From a virus (Duplodnaviria; Caudoviricetes): DNA of 26,375 nucleotides. The stretch spans positions 1-26,375 of IMG/VR virus record IMGVR_UViG_3300048063_000359. The stretch is one strand, 5' to 3'. Below, piece by piece: positions 22,617-26,375 of the stretch (the stretch's first letter is position 1; each line of letters begins with the position of its first letter). A model generated the notes under the pieces. The model saw only the letters and a program-made list of their open reading frames with translations. It had not been told where the DNA came from and did not search any database. The position numbers and the translations under genes were made by a program.

Positions 22617-24488
22617 TCATAAAAATTTGCCCGCCCGGCGTTCTAGCTTTTTGGGCTCAGGGTTCAGCGGCTGCCCGCTGTCTGCGGTTAATCCATTCTG
22701 CCGCTCGATCTTCCACCGCGCGGCGTCGAACCGATCACACCCCAGCATCTGGGCACAGGCTCGCGCATATATCCGCACATCGAGCATCTCATTTCGATCG
22801 CGCGTTTTTTCCCAGACATAACGGGGGTAACCCCTGACCGTTTTCTGGGTCAGCGTTTCCGCCGTCAGCTGTTTGAAATACTCCTCGTCGTATTGCGGGA
22901 AATGCAGCCACCCATGAGGCAGGTCGTCAGCATCGGCGCGGGCTTTGCGCCTCAGCCAGCCGTAGAGCTCAGACTTTGCCACGCTCACCCCTATGGGCCA
23001 AACCTTGAGGCCTGACTTGATTTTGCGGCCCTTCTGTCCAATCTCTGCCGTGCTTGGTTGGCCCACGATCACCGCCTGAGCGTCGCGGCCTTTAATCGCC
23101 AGCACGCGGGTCGGTGGTTGCGATTTCACCCAGCGGTAAACGTCCTGCGTTCTGTAGCCCGTGTCGACTGCAACCATGCGAATGCCCATCTTAAAGCCGT
23201 CCGCTGTCGGATAGTTCGACGCGATTTTTTTGGTCAGCTCTTGCCAAACCTCATCGCTTGCCGTGTCGCCTGGGATGTTGCCGTGATCGATTGACCAGCT
23301 CTCAAGCCCTGGCCCCCAGGCCGCCACCTCAAAGGCTAGATAATCCTGCTGAACGTCCACGCCCATCGTGAGCACGCAACCGGCCTCGGGCACTTGACCG
23401 ATCGGGTATTGCTCGCGCCTGTTGTAAAGATCCTGCCAGTCCGGGGCCTCGCCTTGCTCTGCCCAGGTTTCGCCCAGGATCGTGTTTGTCCAGACCTTCA
23501 GGGCGTTGTCATTCTTTCGCGCGCGCTGGTAGCTCATCACGCATTCTTTCCAGCTGTACCAGCCCAGAGGGCTGTAAAGCGTGCTGATGTGATAGCTCTC
23601 CGATCCGTTGCCGTCCGGGTTTGTGCTCACCCATTGGCCGGCTTCCAGCATCTTGGGTTTGTTGTGTTCCTGCAGATGCCCGCCACAATGCTCGCAGACA
23701 TATCGGACCGTGTCGGGGTCGTCGTCTGTCCACTTCAGTTGAGACCAGACAAGGCGCTGAAACGTTCCGCAGTGAACGCAAGGAACGTGAAAGTATTTCA
23801 TCGAGCCCGCTAAAAACTCGCGCTCAATCGCTGAGCGTCCCGCGAGCGTCGGCGTGCTCACGATAAAAATTTTTCGCCGGTTGAATGTTCGAGTTCGGGC
23901 CTCGGCCAGGTCTAGGGCGCTGCCCTCTCCGTCCAAGTTCTCCGGCCAGGCGTCCAGCTCATCGGCAAACAAGTAACGCGCGGGCATCGATCGCAGACCG
24001 CTGGCGCTATTGGCCCCCGCTAGTACAAGCACACCACCGGGGTAAACCTTTTGAAGCATCGAGTTTCCGCTGTCCCGTGCTTTCGGGTCGCGGACACGAT
24101 CGCGCAGCCGGGGGGATTCCTCGATCATCGGATCCATTCGCGTGCGGCTGTTCCGCTTTGCCATCTCCAGGGTTGGCGCAACGCTGAGAAACGGGCCAGG
24201 GCTTGCGTCGATGCTGTAGCCAATCCAGTTGTTGCCTGCCTCAGTTCCGCCAACCTGGGCGCCCTTCATAAAGACCACCCGCTTTGTCGGGTCGTTGCTG
24301 CTCAGCTTGTCCATGATCTCGCGCAGGTATGGAGTGCGCGAAGATTGGAACCTACCGGGTTCGGCTGACGCGCGCTGGGAAAGGAACCGATGACGGTCCG
24401 CCCACTCCGTGACAGTGAGAACCGGGTCGGGCCTTAACCCGTCCGAAAAACCTTTTTTAAAAACAGCGGCGCCATCACATAGGGCCAT
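22617..24488 (-). CDS. Terminase large subunit (lambda GpA family)
   Basis: WAD..R, TPYLREIMD, Walker A MKGAQVGGTE, Walker B YLFADELD, STPT, CVHC/CEHC, nuclease GVDVQ, RNEMLD. Confidence 0.97.
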   Translation of the reverse strand: MALCDGAAVFKKGFSDGLRPDPVLTVTEWADRHRFLSQRASAEPGRFQSSRTPYLREIMDKLSSNDPTKRVVFMKGAQVGGTEAGNNWIGYSIDASPGPFLSVAPTLEMAKRNSRTRMDPMIEESPRLRDRVRDPKARDSGNSMLQKVYPGGVLVLAGANSASGLRSMPARYLFADELDAWPENLDGEGSALDLAEARTRTFNRRKIFIVSTPTLAGRSAIEREFLAGSMKYFHVPCVHCGTFQRLVWSQLKWTDDDPDTVRYVCEHCGGHLQEHNKPKMLEAGQWVSTNPDGNGSESYHISTLYSPLGWYSWKECVMSYQRARKNDNALKVWTNTILGETWAEQGEAPDWQDLYNRREQYPIGQVPEAGCVLTMGVDVQQDYLAFEVAAWGPGLESWSIDHGNIPGDTASDEVWQELTKKIASNYPTADGFKMGIRMVAVDTGYRTQDVYRWVKSQPPTRVLAIKGRDAQAVIVGQPSTAEIGQKGRKIKSGLKVWPIGVSVAKSELYGWLRRKARADADDLPHGWLHFPQYDEEYFKQLTAETLTQKTVRGYPRYVWEKTRDRNEMLDVRIYARACAQMLGCDRFDAARWKIERQNGLTADSGQPLNPEPKKLERRAGKFL

Positions 24489-24978
24489 CGTTATCAGCCT
24501 CCATCGAGAGCGCGCTGTGAATTTCTCTCTGAAGTATTAGAAGGATCTCATGGCTTTTCGCAGCCTCAAGCCCTCCAATCAGCGCGGTGATTTCATTGAC
24601 CACGCGCGCAGGAATGTTCAGCATTGCGTCGCGTGTCAATCGCGCAGATTTGAACGCGGTCAATTTCACATCCTCAACCTTGCACAGAGCACCCGATCGT
24701 TCCTCATAATCAAGCTGCGTGAGCCGGGCCGCGTACATTTCCCGCACGGCTCGCGCCTGCGCCATCGAGGGTGGCGCGGGTTTGTCTTTTGTCTCGCGCT
24801 GTTTGGCGGGGTTCGTGTTGGCCTTCCATTCCTCGTCAGCCAGCTCAGGGTCGATCGAATAGTTTCGCCCGTTGCGCGTGACCGACTTCACCAGCCGGCC
24901 GTCATGAACAGCAAGCCGGACAGATTCCTTGTCGACCCCACGCATCCGCGCGTACTCCCTCAGGGAAACGCCAGCCAT
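24475..24978 (-). CDS. Terminase small subunit (Nu1-like)
   Basis: N-terminal HTH SLREYARMRGV..AV..GRL, coiled-coil ARAVREMYAARL..L.Y...SG.L; overlaps the TerL start. Confidence 0.85.
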   Translation of the reverse strand: MAGVSLREYARMRGVDKESVRLAVHDGRLVKSVTRNGRNYSIDPELADEEWKANTNPAKQRETKDKPAPPSMAQARAVREMYAARLTQLDYEERSGALCKVEDVKLTAFKSARLTRDAMLNIPARVVNEITALIGGLEAAKSHEILLILQREIHSALSMEADNDGPM

Positions 24979-25592
24979 CAGCCGTGGGCTCCCCTAACCA
25001 GATGCTCGAAAGTTTCGGCGGCGTCTTCCAGCTTGTAGCGGCGGCGCAACGTGTCGAGCATTTCTGAAAGCTCGGCGTGATCCGTCAGGTCAAACTCAAA
25101 GCGAAATGATTTTGTCTCAGGTTCGGACTCATCTGCGATCGATGAGAGCGCCTCATCTGTTGGCTCGATGTCGTCCAGGCCAGAGACCAGCGCCTCTAGC
25201 TCGTCTTCTGTCCACCCCATAGCCTCCAGGTCAAGCTCAGCCTCTTGCAACGCGGCCACCTCTTGCCCTAGCAGCTCCTCATCCCACTGGGAGAGATCGG
25301 CGAGTCTGTTGTCGGCCAAGATATAGGCCTGCCTTTCTTTGTCGCTCAGGTGATCCAGGCGGATCACTGGGACGCTTTCCAGCCCCAAAGATTTGGCGGC
25401 CTCAAGGCGACCATGCCCGGCGATGATGCCCTGATCTGAGTCGATCAGGATCGGGTTGTTAAAGCCAAAAGCCGCGATGGACTTGGCAATTTTTTCAATC
25501 TGCGAGCGCGTATGTAGGCGGGCGTTTTTGTCGTAAGGCGTCAGAGCATCCAGCGGTAGCAGCTCAATATTTTTTGCCTTCGTGATGTTCAC
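24978..25592 (-). CDS. ParB/Srx N-terminal domain protein
   Basis: LTPYDKNARLH..QI..IA.SI..FGFNNPILID..IIAGHGRLEAA..LADNRL..WD. GTG start; stop overlaps the TerS ATG. Confidence 0.9.
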   Translation of the reverse strand: MNITKAKNIELLPLDALTPYDKNARLHTRSQIEKIAKSIAAFGFNNPILIDSDQGIIAGHGRLEAAKSLGLESVPVIRLDHLSDKERQAYILADNRLADLSQWDEELLGQEVAALQEAELDLEAMGWTEDELEALVSGLDDIEPTDEALSSIADESEPETKSFRFEFDLTDHAELSEMLDTLRRRYKLEDAAETFEHLVRGAHG

Positions 25593-25751
25593 GGTTCTTT
25601 GCCTGTCGCTCAGAGGTTAAGGCATACAGGCACCCAGCGCCCTAAGGCTGTCAAATCGGCATGTTCATCAGAGCTCCCGTCAACTCACCAGTGCTCCCAA
25701 GGCTTTTCAGCGGCAGGCCAAATAGTACCCATTTACTAACGTTTTTTTGCG

Positions 25752-25789
25752 CGCACGGCGCCCGAGGGATTTTTATCGAGGCAGGACCC
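25752..25789 (-). other. Putative cos site (cosQ-like GGGTCCT plus cosN-like GGGCGCCGTGCG)
   Basis: In the largest intergenic gap, upstream of the ParB-TerS-TerL genes. Exact lambda cosQ heptamer, then 19 nt, then a 12-mer matching 8/12 of lambda GGGCGGCGACCT. Confidence 0.55.
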
Positions 25790-25807
25790 AAAAAGGGGGG
25801 ACCCCCT
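25790..25807 (-). terminator. Weak intrinsic terminator-like hairpin
   Basis: AGGGG-GTCC-CCCCT followed by TTTT, about 65 nt downstream of the gpZ-like stop. The stem is short. Confidence 0.25.
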
Positions 25808-25873
25808 GCTGCCCCCGCTAGCTCAAATGCACTGCAGCAACTGGGATCCGACCGCCCGGCCCCTGTGTTTACA

Positions 25874-26375
25874 TCACTTAATAAATCCGCGCGTCTTTGC
25901 TTTCAGTGACTGGATGACTGAGTTCTGCAGCTTCTCCATCGCCTTGCTCTCCACATGGTCAAGGATTGCGGCCTTGTGCTTGCCCCCTGTGAATGCGTTG
26001 TGAAAGCTTGGCCCCATCATCTTGCTGATTGGTGTTCTGCCGTCACCATCTCGAACGAATGGCCCACCACTTGCGAATGCAGGATTTCTAAATGCGTTCT
26101 TTCTAGGCTTTCGTGTGCCGCCCTTGAACACTTTGATGCTGGCGTTTTTCTTGTCCTGCCACCGCACCCCATGAAGGGGGGCGAACATCCGACCCGAGAA
26201 TGGCTTGGCTGATGACCTGACCTCGATGCTGGCCCCTGGCCCTGATGTGATGATCCTCGGCGTGCTGATCGCATCCTTGAGGGTGCGTTGCTTTGGGGTG
26301 TAGTGCTTAGCCATGGCCTGGGCCATATATCCAGGGATAGGCTTTGCCGCCCTACGAAAACCCACTTCCATGGCC
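25874..26375 (-). CDS. Lambda gpZ-like minor tail / tail completion protein (5' end may lie outside the window)
   Basis: Basic protein with KVFKGG..K....AF, GPFVR.G..R.PI..MMGPS. The frame is open to the window edge; first in-window ATG at 26371. Confidence 0.7.
   Translation of the reverse strand, partial: AMEVGFRRAAKPIPGYMAQAMAKHYTPKQRTLKDAISTPRIITSGPGASIEVRSSAKPFSGRMFAPLHGVRWQDKKNASIKVFKGGTRKPRKNAFRNPAFASGGPFVRDGDGRTPISKMMGPSFHNAFTGGKHKAAILDHVESKAMEKLQNSVIQSLKAKTRGFIK

Noticed and set aside
25649-25654. TTGACA -35 box upstream of the ParB-like gene
   Set aside because: No acceptable -10 hexamer at 16-18 bp spacing, so it is not called as a promoter.

Overview
The whole window is one minus-strand morphogenesis region of a tailed phage or prophage. 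It has a lambda-like cos-type head module: gpZ-like gene, putative cos region, ParB-N protein, TerS, GpA-type TerL, gpW-like adaptor, lambda-family portal, protease-capsid fusion, DUF2190, and head-tail joining/terminator genes. This is followed by a P2/WO-like contractile tail: gpV spike, PAAR, gp25/W, J, I, collar, DUF4815-like protein, fibre, sheath, tube, tail chaperone with a probable -1 frameshift, and a TP901-type tape measure running off the left edge. Unusual parts: (1) a spike with a 368-aa Gly/Leu-rich hydrophobic extension after a VgrG-like INLN end, next to a PAAR gene; (2) a gene-overlap-coupled cassette of fibre, polyglycine adhesin-like protein, small protein and two different 2OG-Fe(II) oxygenases inside the tail region; (3) an 856-aa gpI-like protein built from three Trp-rich modules; (4) a shared TAnnATGC(C)AAA(A)C motif upstream of three structural genes. 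All family calls come from motif recognition and gene order, not database searches. No RNA genes, CRISPR array, integrase or reverse transcriptase were seen.
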